DNA of 54,354 bases from an uncultured Elusimicrobium sp. (GTDB lineage: Bacteria; Elusimicrobiota; Elusimicrobia; Elusimicrobiales; UBA9959), in NCBI GenBank assembly GCA_902783485.1, contig CACZRG010000099.1, forward strand, positions 1 through 54,354, written 5' to 3'. Both the position numbers and the translations under genes were made by a program. The notes under the pieces were generated by a model. The model was not told the origin of the DNA. It worked only from the letters and a program-made list of their open reading frames with translations, and did not search any database. Positions 44,234-53,666 of this stretch are shown piece after piece. How positions within the stretch are numbered: position 1 is the stretch's first letter; each line of letters starts with the position of its first letter.

Positions 44234-44707
44234 ATGAAGAAGACCGGAATTCTGTTTGTATGCCATGGCAACATATGCAGAAGCCCAATGGCTGAAAGGA
44301 TTATGAAACATATGGTGCGGGAAGCCAGGCTTGAGGAAAGTTTTTATATTGAATCAGCTGCCGCTACTTCCGAGGAAACAGGAAACGGCATTTATCCCCC
44401 GGCGCGCCGCAAACTTAATGAACATGGAATAAATGCCGAAGGACACTCGGCGCGGCTTATGACCCGCGCAGATTACAGCCGTTTTGACCTGCTTATTGGC
44501 ATGGATAACGAAAATATTTGCGATATGCGGCGCATATGCGGTGGCGACCCGGAAGGGAAAATACATATGCTCATGGAATATACAGGTTCCAGGCGTGAGG
44601 TGGCGGACCCATGGTATACCGGTGATTTCGAGGCCACATGGTGCGACCTTCTGGAAGGCTGCAGAAAACTGCTTGAAATATACGGTGGGAAAGACGGCAA
44701 CAACTGA
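44234..44707 (+). CDS. low-molecular-weight protein-tyrosine phosphatase
   Basis: ILFVCHGNICRSPMAE contains the CX5R(S/T) P-loop near the N-terminus, and a DPWY/DP motif lies near the C-terminus. The ATG at 44234 is chosen as the start. Confidence 0.85.
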   Translation: MKKTGILFVCHGNICRSPMAERIMKHMVREARLEESFYIESAAATSEETGNGIYPPARRKLNEHGINAEGHSARLMTRADYSRFDLLIGMDNENICDMRRICGGDPEGKIHMLMEYTGSRREVADPWYTGDFEATWCDLLEGCRKLLEIYGGKDGNN

Positions 44708-44887
44708 CAATAAACAGGAACTACCGCACGGCGTTTCTATAACAGATATATTGCCAGCTCCGTAAAAATTCCCGACGTAAAGCTACTATCAACAAGTCCG
44801 GCGAATGCATCTTACACATTAGATATGCTGATAAACGAATGGGACAGCAGTTTGAGGCCGTATTTACTAGTGAAACGCTGATAAAGT

Positions 44888-46105
44888 CTACTTTATCTGC
44901 GTTTCACTAATTCTATTTCCTGCCCAGGCGGATATGTCGTATATTTTGATTCCCTCGTATTGATATGCCTCATTTCTTGTGCGGGCGAGTATTATTTTTG
45001 GGTAGGCATCACGCACTGCAAGCAGAGGGGCTGTTTCCCTCGCAAAAGTTTCCGGGCGGGAAATGTCATCGGAAACCTGAACATATATTTTCTCGTCTCT
45101 TTTGATTGCGACAAAATCTATTTCTTTTTTGTAAAGAATGCCGGCATATATTTCATATCCACGTCTTAAAAGCTCCATAGCGGCGATATTCTCAATTATA
45201 TGACCATAATCCATATTTCTTGTGCCAAGCCTGGCATATTTAAATGAATGGTCAGCAAGATAATATTTGTCTTCCGAGCTTAAATATTTCTTTCCTTTTA
45301 TGTCATAACGACGGACTTTGTAAAAAGCGTATGCCCTACAAAGATAATCTATATATGCCCCTATGGTGTTTCCGTTTGTCTTTGATTTTTGCGAAACAAG
45401 CGTATCTGCTATTTTTCTTGACGAAACAAGAGATCCTGCGTTATCCATAAGATAATCAGTCAGCCTGTAAAGAATATCCTGCTTTCTTATCTTATGCTTA
45501 TGTAGAATATCCCTGACTATAAGGGAATCAAAAACCTCGCCGCTTATATACCCATATTTTTCCTCAGGCGTAGAATAAAGATAAGAACCTGGCATTCCTC
45601 CCTCTTTCATATAGGAGGAAAAAGCATCATATATATCATTCCGCTGAAAATACTGCAAATATTCAGCAAAAGAAAAAGGAAAAACCTCTATGGAAAAAGT
45701 GCGTCCGGTGAACAGCGTAGCAAGGTCGCTGCCCATAAGAAAGGCATTTGAACCGGTGAGATAAATATCATATTTTCCGCTGGCATGAAGGCTGTTTATG
45801 GCTTTTTCAAAAAAAGGACACATCTGCACTTCGTCAATAAGCAGATAGTTGTTATTATCAGGCCTGTGATGTGATTCAGCATACTCATGAATGGCATGAT
45901 ATTCCGCAATTTTCTCGTATTCAAGAAAATTAAAATTTATGTGAATTATGTTGGCTTTGCTGTCCTGTTTTTTAAGCAGGGAAATAAATGCCTCCATAAG
46001 TTTGGATTTTCCGCAACGGCGTATTCCGGTTATTATCTTTATATCCGGAGTGCCTTTCGCGCGCATAAGTTTTGACAGATAATGCGTTCTTTCTATAAGC
46101 CTCAT
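44888..46105 (-). CDS. AAA-type ATPase with DUF4143-like C-terminal domain
   Basis: Walker A ITGIRRCGKS and Walker B-like YLLIDEVQ. The architecture is typical of the AAA_14/DUF4143 family. The ATG at 46105 (MRLIERTHYL) is preferred over the TTG at 46132. Confidence 0.8.
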   Translation of the reverse strand: MRLIERTHYLSKLMRAKGTPDIKIITGIRRCGKSKLMEAFISLLKKQDSKANIIHINFNFLEYEKIAEYHAIHEYAESHHRPDNNNYLLIDEVQMCPFFEKAINSLHASGKYDIYLTGSNAFLMGSDLATLFTGRTFSIEVFPFSFAEYLQYFQRNDIYDAFSSYMKEGGMPGSYLYSTPEEKYGYISGEVFDSLIVRDILHKHKIRKQDILYRLTDYLMDNAGSLVSSRKIADTLVSQKSKTNGNTIGAYIDYLCRAYAFYKVRRYDIKGKKYLSSEDKYYLADHSFKYARLGTRNMDYGHIIENIAAMELLRRGYEIYAGILYKKEIDFVAIKRDEKIYVQVSDDISRPETFARETAPLLAVRDAYPKIILARTRNEAYQYEGIKIYDISAWAGNRISETQIK

Positions 46106-46181
46106 ATTTAAATTATAACTTCTGTTTAGCAATTTTGCAATATTTTCATTTTTGCTAAATAGGATTCAAATGATAAAAACA

Positions 46182-47161
46182 GGCTTAATGTGCAAAATAG
46201 TTGGTATAGACGACGAGAAAATGATTTAATATTATTTTTGGAGTAAAAATGATTAAAAATATTGCAGGAATTGTGGCTGCACTGACCTTATAAAATGGGG
46301 CAGACAAAGTGGTAAAAAACGATACAGATGCAAAGCCTGCGGAAAGGTTTTTCACTTAAGCGTATTTTGGGCGGAGGATGCTTTCACAGCATATTGTTTT
46401 GATGAATTAAAACTGCATGTTTTGTCCCAAATGTCTGGCAAGGACATCTCTACCATACGCAGACAATTTGACAAACTGACTGTACAAAAAGTTTTCCAAA
46501 AAAACTCAGACAATCATATAAATTTAGTGTTTGACGGAGTTTATTTCGGACGTTCGCTGTGCTATATCGTATTCAGGGCAGAAAGCAAAACAATATATTT
46601 CAGGGAATGTCCTGAAACGATAGAGAATATAGGGATTGTTCTTGACGAACCTGAACGCATGGGATATGTGTTCAGGAGCTTTACCGTAGACGGCAGGAAA
46701 GGAGTTAAGGAGTATCTTAAATGGCGTTATCCAAATGTTCCATTGCAGCACTGCATATTTCACCAGAAAGTAGCAATAACACGGTATCTGACAGGCAGTC
46801 CAAAGACAGAATGCGGCAGGGAATTAAAGGCTCTGGCCAGCACTTTTGGGAATAACAAACAGAACGTGTTTTGAATCAGAATTTAAGGCACTAAAACAGC
46901 GTTATGAAGCTTTTCTGAAAGAAAGAAATGAGAATTGGCAATTCAAACACAGAAGGCTACGCAGGGCATTCAGGAGCATAGACAGGAATATGCCTGTTCT
47001 GTTCACATGGCGTGAGCATCCGGAACTGGAAATAGAAAGCACGACAAACAGCTGTGAGGTATATTTCAGGCAGATAAAGACTAAAATAAGAGTTCACATA
47101 GGAGCGTTTATTTTTGGGCAGATAAAAATCTAATGTCACCAACTATTTTGCCTATTAAGCC
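46182..47161 (+). mobile_element. 980-bp insertion sequence with 24-bp terminal inverted repeats (family uncertain)
   Basis: Left end ggcttaatgtgcaaaatagttggt (46182-46205). Right end accaactattttgcctattaagcc (47138-47161). These are reverse complements at 22 of 24 positions and enclose transposase-like reading frames. Confidence 0.7.
46257..47133 (+). pseudogene. transposase, disrupted (zinc-ribbon N-terminus plus catalytic-core-like region split over frames)
   Basis: The frame open from 46257 encodes KYCRNCGCTDLIKWGRQSGKKRYRCKACGKVF but has no in-frame ATG. The nearby ATG at 46249 is in another frame. The reading frame changes again around 46846-46874 (+1 relative) into ...TNSCEVYFRQIKTKIRVHIG. 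Confidence 0.6.
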
Positions 47162-47432
47162 AAGATTTAGAACGGTTATGTTAAAGAACAATTTAAAGCA
47201 GCATTGTCTACGTAACAGATAGAACGAAAAGTTTTCCGTATAAAAACAATCAATGTTTTTATGAAACTCTTCGCTTAATCATTTAAAGCGTCACATCGTT
47301 GATTATTAACTTCAGCAGTACACTGATAATACTGTTCTGCCGATGTTACTGATAAATCAGGTTTAATTTTAATATAGGATTTCAGTGGGAATATTCACAA
47401 CCGGCTGATTATAAATCTGCCATGTTTACTGC

Positions 47433-47509
47433 TGGGGTAGGTGAAGGGGTTCGAACCCTCGACCTTCCGGGTCACAGCCGGACGCTCTAACCGCTGAGCT
47501 ACACCTACC
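47433..47509 (-). tRNA. tRNA-His (anticodon GUG)
   Basis: The reverse complement folds as a cloverleaf: G-1, acceptor GTAGGTG/CACCTAC, D-arm GCTC/GAGC, anticodon stem TCCGG/CCGGA with loop CTGTGAC, T-arm GAGGG-TTCGAAC-CCCTT, discriminator C, and an encoded CCA. Confidence 0.9.
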
Positions 47510-47567
47510 ATCACAGCGTATATAACATTATAACTGTTTTAAAGGAGTGTTTGCAAATAAAGAACAA

Positions 47568-49646
47568 TCATGACAGATCTATAAGATTCCATTTTCCGGC
47601 ATACTGCTCTATAAGTTTTTTGCGCACTCCGGCATTTTCCGGCGCAGAAAGGTCCGGATCTATGGACAGAATTCCATCCTTGTCATCTATTGCCTGCCGC
47701 AATATGTTTCCGTCACGGGAAAGATCTGCAAGCCTGAATCCCATATCACCGTGCTGCTCTTCAGTGAAAATATCCCCGGCTCCACGCAGATAAATATCTT
47801 TCTCACTCAGTTCAAAACCGCCGGAACAGTTCACAAGCGCATCAAGTCTCTCTGCAGCTTCCGGAGTACGGTTGCCGCAGACAAGCAGGCAGCGTGAAGG
47901 TCTGTTCCCCCGTCCAACCCGGCCTCGGAGCTGATGAAGCGCTGCGAGGCCGAAGCGTTCAGCATTGTTTATAACCATCAGTGTTGCTTCTGGCACGTCA
48001 AGACCAACCTCAACAACCTGCGTGGCCACAAGTATCTGCGTACGGCCCATGGCAAAATTATCCATGGTTCTTTTTTTGTCGGCGCTTTTCATTCGGCCAT
48101 GCAGCAGCTCTGCCTTAAAACCAGGAAAACGGTGGCATATTTTTTCATATTCAGTCTTAACAGCCTTTAACTCTGCGTTTCCACTTTCCTCTATGGCAGG
48201 GTAGACTATGTAAACACGGTTTCCGGCAGATATTTCCTCATTTACTGCCTCAAAAGCTGTTTCCTCATCTGTTTCAAGCGTACTGACAGGCTTTCTTCCA
48301 GCGGGCATCTCTTTTATGGTGGAAAGATCCAGATCACCATACATGGCAAGGAAAAGGCTGCGCGGTATAGGTGTTGCGGTCATTACAAGCACATCGGCAA
48401 GTTCTCCCTTGTCGCGCATGGCGGCGCGCTGCCTTACGCCAAAACGGTGCTGTTCATCCACCACGGCCAGCCTGAGATTTCTGAATTTAACACCGTCACT
48501 TAGAATGGCGTGAGTACCTATCACTATATCTATTTCACCACAGGCAAGCCCCTCAAGTATCTTTTTTCTTCTGGCCGCAGGTGTGCTGCCTGTAAGAAGT
48601 TCAAAACGTACCTCAAGCCCTTTGAGGAATTTTTCAAAAGTGAAATAATGCTGGGAAGCGAGTATTTCCGTGGGTGTTATGAATGCGCTCTGTGCGCCAT
48701 TCTCTGCCGCCAGCAGCATGGCAGAAAGCGCAACAACGGTTTTTCCGGAACCGACGTCGCCTTCAAGCAGTCTGGCCATTGGCACCGGGGACCGCATATC
48801 TCCGAAAATCTCATTTATGGCTTTTTTCTGGCCGCCTGTAAGTTCAAAACCGAGATTCCTCCGGAAAGGCGTAAGCAGATGCCTTTTTATCTCATAGCTG
48901 AAATGTTTAGGTATTTCCCTTATCTGGCGGCGGCGTATGGCGCATGCCAGAGCAAAAAGCAGCAGTTCCTCGTAAATAAGCCTCCTGCGGGCAGATGCCA
49001 GCTGAAAATAATTTTCAGGAAAATGTATGCAGCGCAGAGCCTCGGCACGATCGAACAACGCCCGCTTTTCACGTATACGTGCCGGGAGAAAGTCACCAGC
49101 ACCTTCAATGGAAAACGGAAGTCCTGCAGCTACTGTCTCACGCATGAGCCTCGCTGTAATACCTCCGGTAAGCGGGTAAACAGGAACAATACGGCCTGTG
49201 TGATATTTTTTTGCGGTGGGATCATCATCACGATAATATTCCTGTGCGCGTATTTTCGTAAGGAACATATTTTCTTCGCTTTCACCCACAATCCACACAC
49301 GGCTTCCACGCCTGAAATCCTTCCGCATGGAACCAAATACGTCAAAACCACGCGCACGCCGCTTGAAGAAAACAGCCTCCGCTTCTCCGCCACGATCATT
49401 TTTTATCACAACTTTAAACAGGACAAGGCCACCGGCTGTATATGTTTCCCTCGCTGCCACTACTTCCCCGCATACAACATCCTGCCTGACAACATATGGT
49501 GGCGTGTTACTTTCCTTATCAGGCCTTCTGTCAATCCATTTGCGCGGATAATAAAAAGCGAGGTCCTCAATGCTGTTTATGCCTAATTTGCCAAACAGTC
49601 CGGCTTTTTTAGGGCCAATGCCTTTTATAAAACGGAGCGATGTCAT
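47568..49646 (-). CDS. recG: ATP-dependent DNA helicase RecG
   Basis: 692 aa. N-terminal wedge/OB region; helicase motifs GDVGSGKT (Walker A) and DEQHRFG (DEQH box); C-terminal LHQLRGRVGRG. Confidence 0.92.
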   Translation of the reverse strand: MTSLRFIKGIGPKKAGLFGKLGINSIEDLAFYYPRKWIDRRPDKESNTPPYVVRQDVVCGEVVAARETYTAGGLVLFKVVIKNDRGGEAEAVFFKRRARGFDVFGSMRKDFRRGSRVWIVGESEENMFLTKIRAQEYYRDDDPTAKKYHTGRIVPVYPLTGGITARLMRETVAAGLPFSIEGAGDFLPARIREKRALFDRAEALRCIHFPENYFQLASARRRLIYEELLLFALACAIRRRQIREIPKHFSYEIKRHLLTPFRRNLGFELTGGQKKAINEIFGDMRSPVPMARLLEGDVGSGKTVVALSAMLLAAENGAQSAFITPTEILASQHYFTFEKFLKGLEVRFELLTGSTPAARRKKILEGLACGEIDIVIGTHAILSDGVKFRNLRLAVVDEQHRFGVRQRAAMRDKGELADVLVMTATPIPRSLFLAMYGDLDLSTIKEMPAGRKPVSTLETDEETAFEAVNEEISAGNRVYIVYPAIEESGNAELKAVKTEYEKICHRFPGFKAELLHGRMKSADKKRTMDNFAMGRTQILVATQVVEVGLDVPEATLMVINNAERFGLAALHQLRGRVGRGNRPSRCLLVCGNRTPEAAERLDALVNCSGGFELSEKDIYLRGAGDIFTEEQHGDMGFRLADLSRDGNILRQAIDDKDGILSIDPDLSAPENAGVRKKLIEQYAGKWNLIDLS

Positions 49647-49775
49647 AGTAATTTTATAGCAAATATCAGGCTTTATGCACTGTAAAATTACAGAATTCAG
49701 GTCCGTTTTTGATTTAGTGCTATATTTTTTATATTATAACTATAGAAAAATATATAGTCTCCACAGGAGCTTATT

Positions 49776-50462
49776 ATGGCAGTGAAAATATTAATAGTAG
49801 ACGATGACAAAGACCTTGTGCTTGTTTTAAGAAAATATCTTGAAAGCCACGGATTTGAAGTATCTACTGCCTCAAACGGCGCCACAGCCATAAGTGTCAC
49901 GGCAAAGAAAAGGCCGGATCTGATTCTCGCTGACGTGGATATGCCAAGAATGGACGGTCTTACATTCTGTCGTAAAATAAAAGAATCGGAAGTTCTTTCC
50001 TCAATACCGCTCATAATAATGTCCGGCAAGAAAATTTCCGAAATGGATATGGTTTCGGGATATAATTTCGGTGCAGACGACTATATTTCAAAGCCTTTCT
50101 CATATCAGGTACTGATAGCAAAAATAAAAGCTATATTAAAAATAACCGGTGCCTATTCCGAAAAAAGCAGTATTCTTACACATCTTGATCTTGAGATAAA
50201 CACAAAAAGCAGGACAGTTACCATATCCGGAAATGCGGTAAAACTTACAACAAAGGAATTTGATCTGCTTAGCGCCCTTGTGGAAAACAGAGGTGCAATT
50301 CTCAGTGCGCAGGATCTTCTTGAAAGCGTATGGGGATACAATACAGATGACTACAACAATTTTCATACGGTTGAGGTTCATATGTCCAACCTGCGCAAGA
50401 AATTAGGCAGCTACTCCAAAAATATTATCGCAGTGCCAGGGCACGGATATAAAATAGACTAA
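49776..50462 (+). CDS. OmpR/PhoB-type response regulator
   Basis: Receiver domain ILIVDDD...DLILADVDMP. C-terminal winged-helix LTTKEFDLL...VWGY...TVEVHMSNLRKKL. Confidence 0.9.
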   Translation: MAVKILIVDDDKDLVLVLRKYLESHGFEVSTASNGATAISVTAKKRPDLILADVDMPRMDGLTFCRKIKESEVLSSIPLIIMSGKKISEMDMVSGYNFGADDYISKPFSYQVLIAKIKAILKITGAYSEKSSILTHLDLEINTKSRTVTISGNAVKLTTKEFDLLSALVENRGAILSAQDLLESVWGYNTDDYNNFHTVEVHMSNLRKKLGSYSKNIIAVPGHGYKID

Positions 50463-50490
50463 TGACATTCCGCGTATCAAATAAAGCCTA

Positions 50491-53400
50491 ATGACACCTA
50501 TGCAGAGAAGTATGAAGGATATGAACGAAACAACCAGAAAAAAATCTGCTTCCGCCGGAAATAAAAACAATCTGAAAAAACAGCCCTGCCATAAAACAAT
50601 CTTTGAACTTTTATCACTACTGAACACCAGTACCGGGTTTTATGAATATTTTGACGAAATGGCCGCGCTGCTAAGCAGAAACGATGTACTGGGCGAAGGA
50701 ACAGGCATACTTATCAATATAGAGACAATCGCCGGAAACAGACATGTTCATAAAAATATTTCCGATAAAACAAGAGCGGAACTTGTAGCCGCATTCCGTG
50801 ATGGCGTTTCTTATGAAAATGCACTTTTAATTCCGCTTAACATAAACAATGATTCTGCCTTTATTGCCATACTTCCGGCAGAAAAAGACAGAAAATTCAC
50901 AAAGGATGAAGAGCTTGTAATACGTTCAGCTGCTGAAATAACAGCCGGCAGAATAGACAGATGCCGCAAGGACATAAGCATAGCAGCCGCTCACGAATCC
51001 ACAGCCTCGGTTGCACAGCTTGAAACATTTTTCGCCTCTTTCAAGGACCTGCCTTTTGAACTATGTTCCAGGACACTGCTTGATGAAACAGTCAAAGTGG
51101 CAAAATGCGATGCCGCATATGCATGTACAGCAGACAATGAAGGCAGAATAATCAGCGAGTCAATATCCTCCTCTGACAAACAGACAGGTGAACAGTTAAG
51201 AGAGGAGGCCAGAAGAATACTGCCACAGATAAAAAGCAGCGCAGGGCCTTATACCGGAGAACTCTCCTGTAGTCTTTCTGACGGACCTGAACATTCAACA
51301 GACAAAACAAACCGCTATACGGCGGTTCCTGTAATTTATGCAGGTCATGTGAACGGACTTCTCATAGCTACAAATTCAGACCTTTCCTACTCTCTTGAAC
51401 TGCCCAATATACTGTCACGCATGGCCCGTCTTTACTCAACACTTACGGCAATAAAAAAAGATTCCAGCAGAATGGCCATGAAGCAGGCAGAGCATTCATC
51501 AATTCTTGAAGGCTCATGGGACATGATTTTCGTGCTTAATGAAAAAGGTGATATAACCTATATAAGTCCCTCCGTACAGAAATTAGGATATAAAGTATCC
51601 GAGGTGGAAGGGCACAATTTCAGGGAATTTGTTCCGGAAGAGGATCTTGAGCAGCTTACATCAAAACTTAACATTACATTCAAAACAGGCAGATTAAGCC
51701 CGACAAATATATGCCGCATTATAAGCAAGGATGGGCGTGAACTTCTGACACAGCTCAGAATGTCAGTAAACAAGGTGGAAGGGATGCCCTTGTCCATTTC
51801 CGCCATTATACGTGATATTACCAGCGACATCGAGAAGCAGAAACAGCTGCATGAGAAAAATCTTTTCTACAAGACCATATTCTCAAAAAGCCCGCAGGCA
51901 ATTTTTATAGCGAATCCAGAAACATGCACGATTCTGCGTGCCAACAATAATGCCGCCAGATTCTTCGGTATTCCACTTTCAGAACTGGCAGGGCATGATA
52001 TTATCCCGCTTTTCCCGGAAGAAGACAGACAGGGCATATCAGAACTGCTTGAAAAAAACAAAATCCGCGCAAAAGCAAGCAGCAAAGCCGGGTTCAGCCT
52101 AAAGAAAAGAACAAGGCTGCTTGGTGCCGGAGATGTGATAACAGATGTAAATCTCACCCTGACATACCTGAATATCCAGCACGGGGATATGGTTCTGCTT
52201 GTTATAATAGAAAACCTTTCCGCAGAGAAGAAGTATCTTGAAGATACCGCCTTCCGCATTGCACTGCTTAATAACAGTCCTGATTTTCTGTTTGCGGTTG
52301 ACCTGGATTCTGCCAGCATTGTATTTGCAAATAAAGCCATGTGCGCGCTTACAGGCATAAGCGAAAAAGACATATCAGCAGGAGCTCCTTTTGAAAAACT
52401 CTACAGTTCAAAACAGGCTGCGCGGCGCAGGCTTGAGGAGCTGCGTGTCAGGCAGAAAACCCATACAATACAGACTATCATGGGAACTGGCGGAACTGCA
52501 ATACAGGTAGAGTCTTTTTCCTCAAAGACACGTTTCAATGACAGGCCTGTGGCCATTATCGCCAGCCGCGACATAGGTGAAAAACTGGCGCTGGAAAAAG
52601 AACTTCATAAAACAAATGAAACCCTTTCCTCCCTGCTTGCCTCACTACCGGATCAGGTACAGATACTGAACGCAGAAAATATCGTGACCTATGACAATCA
52701 TACCAGGAAAACAAAGCATGGTGATACCGCAGCAAAGAAATCATATATTTTCAAGCAGAATATTTCCTATATGCACGGAAAATATCTTGAACAGGCCATA
52801 AAAACCGGGGCCCCGGTTACATTCATGGAAGATGTCACTGGTGAAGACGGCAGACAGCTTTATCTGGAAAGAAGAATTGTTCCAATACACGATGCAGATG
52901 GAAACATCAGCGGAACCGGTATCATAACCCGCGATTACACATCAAAAAAACAGGATATAGAAAAAATAACCTCCATGGAGTTTATCCTGAAACATATTTT
53001 TGAGACATCGCAGGATTTCATTTATGTAATAGATTCTGAAGGACGTTTTCTGATGATAAACCAGGCCGCTGCCGCATACTATGGCAAAACCGTTGCCGAA
53101 ATGAAGAATAAGACATGGAAAGAACTGGGACTTACAAAACAGGCTACACCCCGCAAGGTAATACATAAGATTTTTGAAACAAAGAAGAAGGCATTCTTTA
53201 CAAGGGAATATGTGTTCCGTGGCATAAAACATTATGAAAGTCTCTCATGTTCACCTGTACTCAGCGCTGACGGCAATGTAACAAGTGTTGTTGTGGCCGG
53301 CAGGGATCTTACCAAAGCACATACGGAAGCCACGGACAAGGCCATAAATGCAGCGAAGGAAATTGTAAGCATGAAAATGCGGCCTATAGGCCATGATTTC

Positions 53401-53655
53401 AATAATGTACTTACAGTTATAAACGGATACGCAACGCTTTTAAGTGAAACATCAAAAGATGATACACGTGTTATAGCCGGATTGAGACAGATAATAAAAG
53501 CTGTTGACCGCGCTACCAGATTAACGGAGAGATTCCAGACTTTCGCGCGGAATCCTGTGCTTACAGATAATACAGAAAACGGTATGCAGCAGAAACAGGA
53601 AGAAACATCAAACGGCAGACAACCCGCGCAGATAAAAGAACAATCAGGAAAATAA
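50491..53655 (+). CDS. multi-PAS sensor protein ending in a HisKA (DHp) H-box, without a catalytic ATPase domain
   Basis: After an N-terminal region of about 330 aa come several PAS-like modules. The H-box HDFNNVLTVINGYATLL lies about 90 aa from the C-terminus. The stop at 53655 is followed 11 nt later by the end of a convergent gene, which leaves no room for N/G1/F/G2 boxes. Confidence 0.75.
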   Translation: MTPMQRSMKDMNETTRKKSASAGNKNNLKKQPCHKTIFELLSLLNTSTGFYEYFDEMAALLSRNDVLGEGTGILINIETIAGNRHVHKNISDKTRAELVAAFRDGVSYENALLIPLNINNDSAFIAILPAEKDRKFTKDEELVIRSAAEITAGRIDRCRKDISIAAAHESTASVAQLETFFASFKDLPFELCSRTLLDETVKVAKCDAAYACTADNEGRIISESISSSDKQTGEQLREEARRILPQIKSSAGPYTGELSCSLSDGPEHSTDKTNRYTAVPVIYAGHVNGLLIATNSDLSYSLELPNILSRMARLYSTLTAIKKDSSRMAMKQAEHSSILEGSWDMIFVLNEKGDITYISPSVQKLGYKVSEVEGHNFREFVPEEDLEQLTSKLNITFKTGRLSPTNICRIISKDGRELLTQLRMSVNKVEGMPLSISAIIRDITSDIEKQKQLHEKNLFYKTIFSKSPQAIFIANPETCTILRANNNAARFFGIPLSELAGHDIIPLFPEEDRQGISELLEKNKIRAKASSKAGFSLKKRTRLLGAGDVITDVNLTLTYLNIQHGDMVLLVIIENLSAEKKYLEDTAFRIALLNNSPDFLFAVDLDSASIVFANKAMCALTGISEKDISAGAPFEKLYSSKQAARRRLEELRVRQKTHTIQTIMGTGGTAIQVESFSSKTRFNDRPVAIIASRDIGEKLALEKELHKTNETLSSLLASLPDQVQILNAENIVTYDNHTRKTKHGDTAAKKSYIFKQNISYMHGKYLEQAIKTGAPVTFMEDVTGEDGRQLYLERRIVPIHDADGNISGTGIITRDYTSKKQDIEKITSMEFILKHIFETSQDFIYVIDSEGRFLMINQAAAAYYGKTVAEMKNKTWKELGLTKQATPRKVIHKIFETKKKAFFTREYVFRGIKHYESLSCSPVLSADGNVTSVVVAGRDLTKAHTEATDKAINAAKEIVSMKMRPIGHDFNNVLTVINGYATLLSETSKDDTRVIAGLRQIIKAVDRATRLTERFQTFARNPVLTDNTENGMQQKQEETSNGRQPAQIKEQSGK

Positions 53656-53666
53656 AGTATACTGAA

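Noticed and set aside
46846-46874. Possible programmed ribosomal frameshift joining the two transposase ORFs, as in IS1/IS3.
   Set aside because: The downstream frame is +1 relative to the upstream one, whereas IS1/IS3-type recoding is -1. I saw no slippery heptamer, and the N-terminus is independently disrupted because it has no in-frame start. Decay is the simpler explanation.
47433-47509. A functional link between tRNA-His and the two His-rich products in the window.
   Set aside because: A single standard tRNA-His(GUG) is expected in any genome. It lies more than 9 kb and more than 39 kb from the His-rich genes, in a different transcription unit. The co-occurrence is treated as coincidence.
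48510-49586. A 358-aa plus-strand ORF inside recG.
   Set aside because: It is antisense to an unambiguous RecG helicase carrying all helicase motifs. It has no recognisable domains and a composition typical of a shadow ORF.
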